From the IMG/VR virus record IMGVR_UViG_3300020445_000001: a DNA stretch of 64,000 nt, one strand, 5' to 3'. Every line of letters begins with the position of its first letter. Position 1 is the stretch's first letter. This DNA is from an uncultured virus (IMG/VR IMGVR_UViG_3300020445_000001) (taxonomy: Duplodnaviria > Heunggongvirae > Uroviricota > Caudoviricetes). A model generated the notes under the pieces. It was not told the DNA's origin, did no database searches, and was given only the letters and a program-made list of their open reading frames with translations. Positions 45,661-55,506 of the stretch are shown piece by piece. The translations under genes were made by a program, and so were the position numbers.

Positions 45661-48402
45661 CTAATTATCAACCTTTGCACCTTTTCTCCATTGATAACAA
45701 CTCCAGTATCGTGCCTTTGTTTTTGGGCCAGGATTATCACAATTATGTCTTGCCCTAAAACTCTTTAATCTGTTAGGGTCATCCCTCTTTATCTCCATAT
45801 TTGGATCGCCGAAAGTCACTTTAACTACATTACCTTTTTCATTTTTCACATAAACACCAAACTTTTTATTACTTCCACTAGGTAGTCTAAATGGGTCATT
45901 TAACTTAACTTTACGACCTTGATATTCAGATTCTACTATGTCTAGTTTCTCTATATATTTATCTTCTAAATCATCTTTAGAAATCTTTGACCTCATAAGA
46001 TTATAGGTTTCTTGGAGTTTTTCTTCCCATTCATCTTTGTATCTTTCTTGATACTCTTTTCTAGTAGACGGTCTTTCAAACCACTCTTGTATATTGGATT
46101 CACTCGCAAACTTTGACTTGACTGATAGTTCATAGTCTTGGCCTGGTGTAACATTAAATGTATGTCTAGCATAAGGTTCTCCTATTTCATATGACTCTTT
46201 CTTTTTAGATGCTTTTGCTTGTTTTTGTAAGTCTGGGTCTGCTTTACCACCAGTTAACATTGAGTTCACTCTTGCAAATGCCCATTGTTGTGGTGTAGTG
46301 CCTGGTCTGTGTCCAGTTTTCCAAGCTGCAAGTCCTCTATCATAACTCTTTTTTAGAATACCATAAGGCACACCAGTTTGTTGTGATTTCTTAACTAAAC
46401 CTTCAATCTTTTCATTAAGATTTACAGATTCATCTATTTCAAAATCAACTTTGGCTGCAAGTTCAGATGGTAATTTACCTTTTTTTACTAAACCATTTAT
46501 GTAATATGCAATATCTCTTGCATCAACACCTTTCATCATTTGTCCTAATGCACCAGCAGGATTTCTATGTCCTTGTTTATGCATTTGCATATACATTTTA
46601 AGTATCTTTTCATAACCTTTAGGGTGAGTCATTTGATGTATCTTATCATATATCTTTCTATAATAAGGCATTTCTTTTATATCATCTGATTGTTCTTCTA
46701 ACTGTTCTTTTAATGCACTTAACATATCTTTATATGATTTAGAAATTTTACTCTGAAATTTTTCTTTATCAGATGCTTTTTTCATAGAATCATATTTTGA
46801 TTGAACTGCTTGTGCAATCTTAGATGAAACTTTTACTTTCTTCTTATCCATAAATTGTACTGGAAAATTACCTCGTAAAGATACAGACTTTCTTAGTTGC
46901 ATCATAATATTTTTATCTGCAGCTTTAATATCGTCATCTGTTGCAAAATCATCAACATCTGCTGGGTCTACTTTTTTTTCTGAAACTTCACCATACATTT
47001 GTTTGAATTTTTTAGTATATTGTGAAGGTTTAGTTTTCTTATCTTTATCACCAGGCGCTGATTTGTATGCATTTGGGTTATCATCGTCCATTTTCGCTCC
47101 CTTTGTAAAATGGGCATCTCTTGCCTTTTTAGTAGATACAGACATTCCTTTTTTATCACCTACACCTTTTGCATAATACTTTGCTGGTTCGGAGCCTGGA
47201 CTGTCTTTTATATCTGGGTCTTGTTTTGTTTTTGTTATTTTTTTTGTTTCTTTTATTGAATGAAGAAATGCTTTATGTACATTTTCACCATCTGTGTATT
47301 GTACATAGTTTGTTCCTCTTCTAATTATTTCACCACTAGTTCCATCATTTATATTTTCTACCAAATCACCGATTTGATAGATTGTACCTCTGATGTATAA
47401 ATCTCTTTCAATTTCTTCATCAGAGTATTTTGAATTTTCTTTTAAGTTCATACCTTTTCTCACATCCTTGAATAATTGATTACCATTTTTAAAACCTCTT
47501 GGTAATCCTTTTTGAAATGTATCATAATCATTATTAGTTGCAGCTGCCCTCATCTTAGATGCACTCATTCCAGTAACACCTTCTGCATCTGGGTCTCTTT
47601 CGCCTGCACTAAAAATATTAATAGTATCAAAATCATAAAAACCGTGTCGTTTTTCTTGACCATTATATGTTGTCAATAGTTTTTTAAACTCTGCAACTCT
47701 ATCAGAACCTACCACCATATTTAATTCTACATAACCTTGTTGATGAAAGTAAACTGCAATATCTAAAACTGTTTTTAATTTGTTATTTGCGATTATGTTT
47801 CTTTTGTGTTTTGGAAACATATCTCTCATATATGCAACTTTCTTTGCAAGTGGTAAAGGGTCTTTCTTATTGTTTTGAGAATGTGATGGGAATATATAAT
47901 AGTCATCACCACCAGCAATCTTCTTAACTTTTTCTATTAGTTTTTCGTGGCCAGTTGTTGGTGGATTGAATCTACCAAATGTAAATACAACTGATTCAGT
48001 TCCTTCTGAAAAAGTTCTAAACGATTCGTACTTAATAACCTTATTAGGTGTTTTGAAGTTTTGTTTTCTCATAATAGTCTTGTTTGTTACTTCTATTTCA
48101 TTACCTTTTGTTTTAATAACAACTGGTAAATTTAAATTAGTTGACATATCTTTTAAAACAGCTTGTATGTCTGGGTTGTTTATTATATTCCTTGCTTTGT
48201 TTTTTTGAATCTTCTTAAAGAACCTTTGTAATTCAGATACTTTTATCTCTGGACTATTTCTTGGGTCATTCATTCTATCTACAAAGTGTTTAGTAAATTC
48301 TATATCAACTCCATATTTTTTTAATATTCTATCTGCAAATTTTTCTAAATCATTTATATCTTTTCTTGATACCTCTTCTTCTAATAACTCTCTAAGTTTC
48401 AT
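45661..48402 (-). CDS. multidomain protein with HIGH-family nucleotidyltransferase (cytidyltransferase-like) domain
   Basis: FGRFNPPTTGH, VVGSDR and SASKMR motifs, plus several further modules. Confidence 0.88.
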   Translation of the reverse strand: MKLRELLEEEVSRKDINDLEKFADRILKKYGVDIEFTKHFVDRMNDPRNSPEIKVSELQRFFKKIQKNKARNIINNPDIQAVLKDMSTNLNLPVVIKTKGNEIEVTNKTIMRKQNFKTPNKVIKYESFRTFSEGTESVVFTFGRFNPPTTGHEKLIEKVKKIAGGDDYYIFPSHSQNNKKDPLPLAKKVAYMRDMFPKHKRNIIANNKLKTVLDIAVYFHQQGYVELNMVVGSDRVAEFKKLLTTYNGQEKRHGFYDFDTINIFSAGERDPDAEGVTGMSASKMRAAATNNDYDTFQKGLPRGFKNGNQLFKDVRKGMNLKENSKYSDEEIERDLYIRGTIYQIGDLVENINDGTSGEIIRRGTNYVQYTDGENVHKAFLHSIKETKKITKTKQDPDIKDSPGSEPAKYYAKGVGDKKGMSVSTKKARDAHFTKGAKMDDDNPNAYKSAPGDKDKKTKPSQYTKKFKQMYGEVSEKKVDPADVDDFATDDDIKAADKNIMMQLRKSVSLRGNFPVQFMDKKKVKVSSKIAQAVQSKYDSMKKASDKEKFQSKISKSYKDMLSALKEQLEEQSDDIKEMPYYRKIYDKIHQMTHPKGYEKILKMYMQMHKQGHRNPAGALGQMMKGVDARDIAYYINGLVKKGKLPSELAAKVDFEIDESVNLNEKIEGLVKKSQQTGVPYGILKKSYDRGLAAWKTGHRPGTTPQQWAFARVNSMLTGGKADPDLQKQAKASKKKESYEIGEPYARHTFNVTPGQDYELSVKSKFASESNIQEWFERPSTRKEYQERYKDEWEEKLQETYNLMRSKISKDDLEDKYIEKLDIVESEYQGRKVKLNDPFRLPSGSNKKFGVYVKNEKGNVVKVTFGDPNMEIKRDDPNRLKSFRARHNCDNPGPKTKARYWSCYQWRKGAKVDN

Positions 48403-48589
48403 TTCCCACCTCTACTATTGGTTCACTGCTAGTTGTGTCTATGTAATCACCTTTAGATGATTTCATATATTTTCTTGTACTAACATCTTTTACCAACATA
48501 CCATTTTTTAAAGTGTAAGTGATATACTTTGCAACAATTACACCTTCTTTACTTCTATTAATGTGTTCTTTCATAGGGCCATCTTCCAT
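48392..48589 (-). CDS. hypothetical protein
   Basis: Overlaps both neighbours. Confidence 0.65.
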   Translation of the reverse strand: MEDGPMKEHINRSKEGVIVAKYITYTLKNGMLVKDVSTRKYMKSSKGDYIDTTSSEPIVEVGNET

Positions 48590-49050
48590 TATTTTTTTGC
48601 TCTCATTTTTGCAATTCTCTCTCTATCTGCAATTCTTACTTTTCTTTCTTGTTTCTTCGCAATCTTATTAATCTTCTTTTTAACATTTGGTTTAGATAAG
48701 AAGTTTTGAGTTATCTGTGCTTTTCTTTGCATTGGTAAACTTCTATATGGAAGTTTGTATATCTTTTGCACTAACAAATCAATCGCTTTCTTTCTTGCAA
48801 TTCTTTTTATTGCTTCTGGTTTTTTATACCTTTTAAGAGATTTCATTCTTTTCTTCAAAAACAATGCAGACTTAGCTCTTAACTTTCTTCCTGCTTTTCT
48901 TGCTCTTTGCATAAACTTAGAAATTGCAGTTACTTCATCAAGATTTTCTTTATCCATAATCTCAACAATTTCTTGGTCAACAGAATACATATCTCTTACA
49001 TCATTATCTAAATCCATCACATATTTTTTTAACTCTGTAAATGTTTTCAT
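48589..49050 (-). CDS. highly basic putative internal head protein
   Basis: MKTFTEL N-terminus; acidic propeptide ending ENLDE, then a Lys/Arg-rich body. Confidence 0.75.
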   Translation of the reverse strand: MKTFTELKKYVMDLDNDVRDMYSVDQEIVEIMDKENLDEVTAISKFMQRARKAGRKLRAKSALFLKKRMKSLKRYKKPEAIKRIARKKAIDLLVQKIYKLPYRSLPMQRKAQITQNFLSKPNVKKKINKIAKKQERKVRIADRERIAKMRAKK

Positions 49051-49109
49051 TTGTTCATTTCCTTTGTTTTCTTTTGCATCTTCTCTATGTATTGTTTAAA
49101 TGTTTTCAT
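49047..49109 (-). CDS. 20 aa micro-ORF MKTFKQYIEKMQKKTKEMNK
   Basis: Hand-translated; TAATG and ATGA coupling to both neighbours. Confidence 0.55.
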   Translation of the reverse strand: MKTFKQYIEKMQKKTKEMNK

Positions 49110-50170
49110 TAAATCAATCCGTTATATTGTAATTTAAGTGCAGTAAATTTACCAAGTCTACCAAGTTTTGCCAATTTCTTACCAGCTCTTACACCAGAAT
49201 CACTTCTAATATTCATTTTAATTGTTTTCTTTTCTTCTGGTGTTTCAATATCAATTAACCACTCTTGTACTGAACTTTTATTTAAATATGCTTTAAAATT
49301 ATTGATAAGTGGTAACAAAGATGCAAGGTCATCATTTTTTTGTTCTGCTGTTTTACCTACAGCTTTAACTAAAATTAATGGAATTTTTTCTTTTGCATCT
49401 TGTAAATTAAAATTATTTTTAACCCAATCTTTAAATTCATCTAAACTTAATGAATTTACTATATCGCAAAAATGTTCTCTGCACACTTTTAACATTATAG
49501 TATACAATTCATTTGCACCTTTTTCATTTTCAACAAAAAAATCTAAGTATAATTGTCTAACACCATTTTTATTTGACATATAGTTATTTTTATTAGTAAT
49601 ACTATCTATGCCAGGTATTTTTGAATAAACACTATCCCACAAATCATCCTCTAGTTTTTTAATCTCACTTTCTTTATTTAATTTTTTATATTGTGTACTT
49701 ACATAACTATTGAGTAATGGTTCTTTAGATTTCTTCTCACCAGCTTTTAAACTAACTCCTAATGTATCTCCATTAGAAAAAAATATAAAAATATCACCAG
49801 CGTGATTTTTTGGAATACCAGATGGTTTTTGTCTATATCCCCAAACTACTTTTTTTATCTTTTTAGTTCTATTAATATCATACAAGTAATTTGTAATACC
49901 TATTGCATTTTCTATTTTTGTTTTTACTAGTTTTTCTGGTAATGAAGTCAATGAATCAATGACTGCAACACCAGCACTCTTATTTGCATCTACTACAAAA
50001 GAATTTTTATCTTTTTTTAAATCTAATTTATATAAAAACTTTTTGAAATCTTCAACTGATGATGGTTTAAATTTTAAATTAAATGCAAGTGTTGGAAAAA
50101 GTTCTGTTATTGATGCAGTTGCAGTAGTATCAACTCTTTCACTTATGAACTGTCTAAATCTTAACATCAC
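49109..50170 (-). CDS. putative PD-(D/E)XK restriction-like endonuclease
   Basis: N-terminal helix TEL and AGDIFI...GVSLK catalytic pattern. Confidence 0.6.
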   Translation of the reverse strand: MMLRFRQFISERVDTTATASITELFPTLAFNLKFKPSSVEDFKKFLYKLDLKKDKNSFVVDANKSAGVAVIDSLTSLPEKLVKTKIENAIGITNYLYDINRTKKIKKVVWGYRQKPSGIPKNHAGDIFIFFSNGDTLGVSLKAGEKKSKEPLLNSYVSTQYKKLNKESEIKKLEDDLWDSVYSKIPGIDSITNKNNYMSNKNGVRQLYLDFFVENEKGANELYTIMLKVCREHFCDIVNSLSLDEFKDWVKNNFNLQDAKEKIPLILVKAVGKTAEQKNDDLASLLPLINNFKAYLNKSSVQEWLIDIETPEEKKTIKMNIRSDSGVRAGKKLAKLGRLGKFTALKLQYNGLI

Positions 50171-51405
50171 TTATCCCAATTCTTTATTGCAGTAAAGTTA
50201 TTAAAACTAAACTCCATTCTATCAACAAGTTTTACGGCCTTACCATCATTATTAATTGCGACATAACCTTCTGGATTTGTAACCTTAAATCCATTTTTCG
50301 TTTTTATAAAGGTGTCCGTCAGTTGTTTAACTGAATTCAACTTTTTAACAATTAACATCTTTGCGGCCACAAGGGCTTGTTGAAAAGAAATGACACTTTC
50401 TATATTTCTGATATGTTTCTTAAACTCTCTCAGATACTCGTTCTTATTTCTTTCAATCTTTTCTTTTGCTCCGAGTGTCTTTACTTTGTCCTTATTCTTA
50501 TCAAAATGGTTTGCAATATGGTCAAGATATCCTTGAGCGTGTTGCCTTACATTTTTGATAGTTTGTCCTTGTCTTACTTTTAAATTATTATATGTTTTCA
50601 GACTAGCACCAGACAAATTCCCTACCATTGAATTTTGAAGTCTTATAAACTTCTCTAACAATGATGAATTTATTCGTCTAAAAATCTTACCAACTGTTGA
50701 TAAGTATGATGTTACTTCGTCTGTTTCTGATTGAGTAAATGTTGCCTTACCAGAAACATCTTTAAATGAAGCATTATCCATCCATACACTATCTATATTT
50801 TTTAATCCTTTTATATCCACACCGAATTTTGCTGACATTGATGACAGATTATCGCCTTCATAGGTGGTGTGCCATACAACTCCAATTTGTGCTTTAGAGA
50901 TTTGTCCACTAAGTTCAGAACCCATAGGTGCAGCATACACGATAGTATTAGGCTGAAAAGAAATAAAGGTTTCATCATCAATTTTCTCCTTTTTTAAATC
51001 TTTCTTGGTGAACATTAAATCACCTTGAATAACATTTTTAATTCCTAATTTTTTAAATTCTTTTAATGCGATTGCAAACTTGTCTTTTAAATCACCAGAA
51101 ACATCTATTTCTGATTCTTCTTTATACAACTTTGGATTTACATTGAATACTGATTTCTTTGCGACAAAGAACTTGCCGTCTGATGGGTCAATGCCTGCAA
51201 ATATAGCTGGGGCCCCGTCCCACTTAACAGTCATATTAACTGAACCTTTAGATGACCCAGATAACATATCTCTTAATGATTGTAGAAAATTAATTGCACC
51301 TCTACCCCCACCGACACCAAAGTTGAGTATCTCATCTTCCAAGTGTTCAAGGTGTAGATTTTTGCCTTGTTTATCTTCTAATAAAAATTCTTTAAATGTT
51401 AACAT
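50167..51405 (-). CDS. conserved T4-like protein (DUF6267-like) with ligase-type motifs
   Basis: HLEHLED, TVKWDGAPA, QGDLMF, PEGYV and VKLVDR motifs. Confidence 0.75.
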   Translation of the reverse strand: MLTFKEFLLEDKQGKNLHLEHLEDEILNFGVGGGRGAINFLQSLRDMLSGSSKGSVNMTVKWDGAPAIFAGIDPSDGKFFVAKKSVFNVNPKLYKEESEIDVSGDLKDKFAIALKEFKKLGIKNVIQGDLMFTKKDLKKEKIDDETFISFQPNTIVYAAPMGSELSGQISKAQIGVVWHTTYEGDNLSSMSAKFGVDIKGLKNIDSVWMDNASFKDVSGKATFTQSETDEVTSYLSTVGKIFRRINSSLLEKFIRLQNSMVGNLSGASLKTYNNLKVRQGQTIKNVRQHAQGYLDHIANHFDKNKDKVKTLGAKEKIERNKNEYLREFKKHIRNIESVISFQQALVAAKMLIVKKLNSVKQLTDTFIKTKNGFKVTNPEGYVAINNDGKAVKLVDRMEFSFNNFTAIKNWDK

Positions 51406-51437
51406 TTTTCAATTTTTCCATAGTTCTATTACTACTA

Positions 51438-51445
51438 TATTTATA
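51438..51445 (-). promoter_or_regulatory. T4-type late promoter TATAAATA
   Basis: Exact consensus heading the 51405-43872 operon. Confidence 0.8.
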
Positions 51446-51465
51446 AATTGAAATTTGTCAAGTCT

Positions 51466-52038
51466 TTAAAACATTCCAGTTCTTGCATTTAAATTACCAG
51501 CAACCATAACTCTTTCAAAGTCAATTTCTTGTGGTGGTACTTTATGTTTTACCCAGCCTGGAAACATCACCAGTAATCCGTTTGACGGTTGTACTTTATA
51601 ATCTGTGTTTGTGAATACTAATGGTGAACATTGACTAGTTACATTAACATAGTATGTCCAAGACCATATCGCAGGCCAATGGTCGTGGGATACAGTATAT
51701 TCTCCCTTTTTATATACTGCACCCCAACAATCGTAACAATCTGGAATGAATTGTACTGGTGATACTTCTATTGAAATTTCTCTTACCCAGTTTACTAGTT
51801 CTTGAAAATGTTCACCACCAGCTTCTAATTGCATATTCCATTCAGTCATTTGTGCTTTTACATTTGACTTGTAATTTATTCTATCACCTTGTTGTCTGAT
51901 AAACTTTTCTAATATAGGGTTAAGAGTTTTCCATTTGTCATATGTTTTGAGAACAACTGGATATCTCTCTTTAAATAATATTTGTCTACCGTTTTTACCC
52001 CATATCGGTGGGTGGTCTTTCATTGGGTCATCTACCAT
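51466..52038 (-). CDS. 2OG-Fe(II) oxygenase
   Basis: WG..Y..G....HDH....YYV...FPGW.KH.V...R...AGN. Confidence 0.85.
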   Translation of the reverse strand: MVDDPMKDHPPIWGKNGRQILFKERYPVVLKTYDKWKTLNPILEKFIRQQGDRINYKSNVKAQMTEWNMQLEAGGEHFQELVNWVREISIEVSPVQFIPDCYDCWGAVYKKGEYTVSHDHWPAIWSWTYYVNVTSQCSPLVFTNTDYKVQPSNGLLVMFPGWVKHKVPPQEIDFERVMVAGNLNARTGMF

Positions 52039-52262
52039 ACATTTTCCTTTAAGAATTTTGGTAAAGGTTCTCTACCAAATGGTCTTATAGTCATTAGAGT
52101 TGAAACCATTTCTTCAGCGTCTTCCTTGAATCTGAATACTTGGACAACATCGTTTGTCGGTAATTCAATAACAACATAGCAAGCTGCTTTATCTCTCCAT
52201 TCCACATCAACAAAATATTTAACCTTGTACTTTTTATATTTTGAGGTCGGAAAACTTTTCAT
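52032..52262 (-). CDS. hypothetical protein
   Basis: ORF coupled to the end of gp41. Confidence 0.6.
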   Translation of the reverse strand: MKSFPTSKYKKYKVKYFVDVEWRDKAACYVVIELPTNDVVQVFRFKEDAEEMVSTLMTIRPFGREPLPKFLKENVW

Positions 52263-53640
52263 AAGACTTCTCTCCTAATCTTTTTCCAACACCAGTATTG
52301 TCAAAGACTGGTTCATTCTGTCCAGAATCTAACACATCTTTTTGTGCGACTTGTTCAACATCATATAACTTCATCTTTGCTCTATCTATTCCTAATATGA
52401 ATCTTTTATTCATTGTAGGGTCATTATATCTGTTCTTTAATTGTTTAATCATTATCTGATTTAAATCCTCTAGTTCCTCTGTTGATATTAATGCAAACAT
52501 TAAATCAGCAGTTGCAGGCAATCCAAAACTTTCAGATGTATCTTCTAATCCTACATCTGTTGAAGTGTATGCACTTCTCGTTGTCTGTGTTGCAGAAACA
52601 ATCGGTACATTTGATTCAACTGCAAACCCTCTAAGTTCTTCTGCAATAGCCTTAATATAAAAATATGAACCTATACTTGCATTACCTTTAAACCTAGATG
52701 ATGAACAAATATTTAGATAGTCTATAAAAATGATATCTGGTTTAAATGATTTCTTGAGTGCAAGTTCTTTTACTAAACTTTTAAAGTGTCCACTATGTGC
52801 AGATGCAGTTGGATATTCTTTAATTACTAATTTACCATTTGTCTTTTTAGATATACTTGATATCTTATCAGTAAACATCTTTTTAGGTAGTTCGTGTAAA
52901 TCATCAATAGATATATTCATTAAGTTTGCATCTATTCTTTCTGCAATCTTTTCTTCTGCCATCTCTAATGTAATATAAAGAACATTTTTACCTTGCATCA
53001 AAGTTGATGCAGCCATATGACACATAAACAATGATTTACCTACACCAGTACCAGCAAGTGCAACATTTAATGTTTTATTAGGTAAACCACCTTTAGTAAT
53101 TTTATTAAAGTAGTCCAAGTCAAAAGGTATTTTATCTTCTTTTTTATGATAGTATTCATATCTATTTTCAGACTCATCAATATAATCGTGTCCAATATGA
53201 TTGTCAAATGATACTGAAAGTGCATCTGATAATATACTTGGAATAGATTCTGGTGTGTTGTTCTTATCTTTGTCTTCTATTATTTTTATACTATCAACAA
53301 CTGCATTATATACAGCCTTGTCTTTACAGAATTGTTCAACTGTTTTCAACAACCAATCATAATCAACCTTTGAATTATCAAGTGATTTTAAAAGTTCTAA
53401 TGCACTAGTATGTTCAGTATCTGATAAATCTCTTCTGTTTTGAAGTTCTATTTCTAAAACAGTTTGAGTTGGAGGTTTAGAATACTTCTCTACAAAGTCA
53501 TTTATTTCTTCAAAGACAATCTGTTGACTTCTATCTTTAAAATATTCTTTCTTTAAAAAGGGTGTTACCTTACGATTGAATTGTTCATTGTTCAATAACT
53601 GACTTAGTGTCGTTACTTCTATCGTCTGATTTTGTACCAC
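52234..53640 (-). CDS. gp41: replicative helicase gp41
   Basis: AGTGVGKS, TLEMAEE, IDYLNIC, SATQTTR and KQLKNRY motifs. Confidence 0.97.
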   Translation of the reverse strand: MVQNQTIEVTTLSQLLNNEQFNRKVTPFLKKEYFKDRSQQIVFEEINDFVEKYSKPPTQTVLEIELQNRRDLSDTEHTSALELLKSLDNSKVDYDWLLKTVEQFCKDKAVYNAVVDSIKIIEDKDKNNTPESIPSILSDALSVSFDNHIGHDYIDESENRYEYYHKKEDKIPFDLDYFNKITKGGLPNKTLNVALAGTGVGKSLFMCHMAASTLMQGKNVLYITLEMAEEKIAERIDANLMNISIDDLHELPKKMFTDKISSISKKTNGKLVIKEYPTASAHSGHFKSLVKELALKKSFKPDIIFIDYLNICSSSRFKGNASIGSYFYIKAIAEELRGFAVESNVPIVSATQTTRSAYTSTDVGLEDTSESFGLPATADLMFALISTEELEDLNQIMIKQLKNRYNDPTMNKRFILGIDRAKMKLYDVEQVAQKDVLDSGQNEPVFDNTGVGKRLGEKSYEKFSDLKI

Positions 53641-53980
53641 TAATTACCCCCTCTGAATAATGTTTATCTACTATATCACAAAGTATATCACCTAGAAGAT
53701 TTTTGAAATCTATATTCAAATGTTCTTCTTTCAATCCGTTGTAATCAACAACTGTATATTGAAATTTAAGAACTGCTTCTAGGCCTTGGTTTTGTGTATC
53801 TTGTACTGATGCAATCTTTCCAAACTTGAATACAACACCATCATATCTACCACCTTTAATACCAATGCAATCTTGTTGTGACTTTGATTTGTTTTCTAAG
53901 AAAACATAACTATCTGCGATATTACCTAAATATCTTTTTGAGGTATCATTCGCTTTCTTCAACGCTTTCTGTTCCACCAT
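53585..53980 (-). CDS. conserved protein in the gp40 position (start probably MVEQK)
   Basis: Between uvsX and gp41; G.Y.GV...G...L.F.Y...GDIL pattern. Confidence 0.65.
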   Translation of the reverse strand: MVEQKALKKANDTSKRYLGNIADSYVFLENKSKSQQDCIGIKGGRYDGVVFKFGKIASVQDTQNQGLEAVLKFQYTVVDYNGLKEEHLNIDFKNLLGDILCDIVDKHYSEGVISGTKSDDRSNDTKSVIEQ

Positions 53981-54986
53981 ATCTAAATTCCTTTTTTGCA
54001 CATTCATCTAAGATGGCCATAACATCTTTAGTGAAATATTTCTTTGGGTCATTCAATATAGTTTTACCATATTGTTTTGAACCGTCTGGTAATTCATACC
54101 TTGTTGAAACTTTTTTGAATACTTTATATTTTTCTGCAAGTTCAAGTAATCCATAATATCTATCAAGACCTTTATTATATGTTAGTCTAACATCTACCAT
54201 TTTGTTTTCAATGGTAAGTCTTGATTTAAAGTTTTTACAATGTATAATATTACCTACAACTTCTGTTCCTTCTTTTTCTTTTCTTTTAGAAAGATATACA
54301 ATAGAAGAAGCTGCATATTTTAATCCAGAACCACCACCCATTTCTTTTGTTGGAAACATAGAACCAACAACATCATATGTGTGATTCGTTACAACCATAG
54401 GTACTTTTGCTTTACCAAGTTTTAAAGTCAACACTCTAAATGCAGCTTTAAGAACTTGAGCACGAGTCATATCTCTTGTTTCTTTTCCCTCAGCAGTATC
54501 TTCAACTTCTTTCGTTGTTGATAACATACCAAGTGAATCTAATGCAAGAAATAATGGTCTACGAATAGATTCTTCTTGATTAATATAGCTATCTAGAACT
54601 TTTAATGATTGAGTTCTAAATTCTTGTACTGTTGTTACTGGAAGTATAACCATTCTTGATGGGTCAATACCTCTGTCAACAATCATTTGTTTAGTAATTG
54701 CACTTTCACTTTCAAAGTATATGACACCACTCTCTGGATTTTTGTCCAGAAAGTTTTTACACATACCCATCAGAAAAAATGTTTTACCAGTTGCACTTTC
54801 ACCAGCGATTGCAGTAATCTTATTTGCTGGAAGTCCACCATTTATTGAACCAGATAATAATGCATTTAAAGCATATGACCCAGTATCAATAAATTCATCT
54901 ACATCACCAGCTCCAACTCCGTCTGAAACTAATGATGCATATTCGTTACCAGTTGTTTTGATAACTTCTTTTAAAAAATCAGGCAT
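53946..54986 (-). CDS. uvsX: RecA-like recombinase UvsX
   Basis: [17 protein letters not shown] and MGGG.G.KY motifs. Confidence 0.97.
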   Translation of the reverse strand: MPDFLKEVIKTTGNEYASLVSDGVGAGDVDEFIDTGSYALNALLSGSINGGLPANKITAIAGESATGKTFFLMGMCKNFLDKNPESGVIYFESESAITKQMIVDRGIDPSRMVILPVTTVQEFRTQSLKVLDSYINQEESIRRPLFLALDSLGMLSTTKEVEDTAEGKETRDMTRAQVLKAAFRVLTLKLGKAKVPMVVTNHTYDVVGSMFPTKEMGGGSGLKYAASSIVYLSKRKEKEGTEVVGNIIHCKNFKSRLTIENKMVDVRLTYNKGLDRYYGLLELAEKYKVFKKVSTRYELPDGSKQYGKTILNDPKKYFTKDVMAILDECAKKEFRYGGTESVEESE

Positions 54987-55503
54987 TCAGTATCTCCATA
55001 ATTTCACCCTTTACAGTATTGATACCATCTGAAGTATCTCTAATCTGTAATCTTCCCATAAGACTTAAATTCTTTTGTATATTGTCTATTTGGGTTCTTC
55101 TTCCTTTTAACCAAGTTTCACTTTGATTGTCTTTTCTCAAAGTGTGTCTTTTATTTTCTTCTTCATAGCTTACTATTAGAATATACACTATACTTTGGTG
55201 TTTGTCAAGTACCCACTCAATATTATTTGTGAACCTATCACCCTCAAAGATAATGTGTTTATATTGTTTTGATTGTGTGTTTATAAAATCTTGAAACTTA
55301 CTAATTGTTCCATATGATAATCTGTCAGTACCACCAAATGTTTCATTTTCTGGATATTGACCTATTACAAGAACATCTTTAAATTTTTGACATTTAAATA
55401 AAGAAGTGGGTTCACAATTTTCATATGAACCCAAGTCTTTTATTATAGATTTAAGTAATGTGGTTTTGCCAGAGCAAGGTATACCACTAATCATTATAAT
55501 CAT
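54979..55503 (-). CDS. P-loop nucleotide kinase of the base-hypermodification type
   Basis: [11 protein letters not shown]...[16 protein letters not shown]...WL.GR motifs. Confidence 0.8.
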   Translation of the reverse strand: MIIMISGIPCSGKTTLLKSIIKDLGSYENCEPTSLFKCQKFKDVLVIGQYPENETFGGTDRLSYGTISKFQDFINTQSKQYKHIIFEGDRFTNNIEWVLDKHQSIVYILIVSYEEENKRHTLRKDNQSETWLKGRRTQIDNIQKNLSLMGRLQIRDTSDGINTVKGEIMEILNA

Positions 55504-55506
55504 AAT

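Noticed and set aside
51943..51955. Extra TGTTTTGAGAACA copy of the early-promoter palindrome
   Set aside because: Lies inside a coding region without flanking -35/-10 boxes; probably chance
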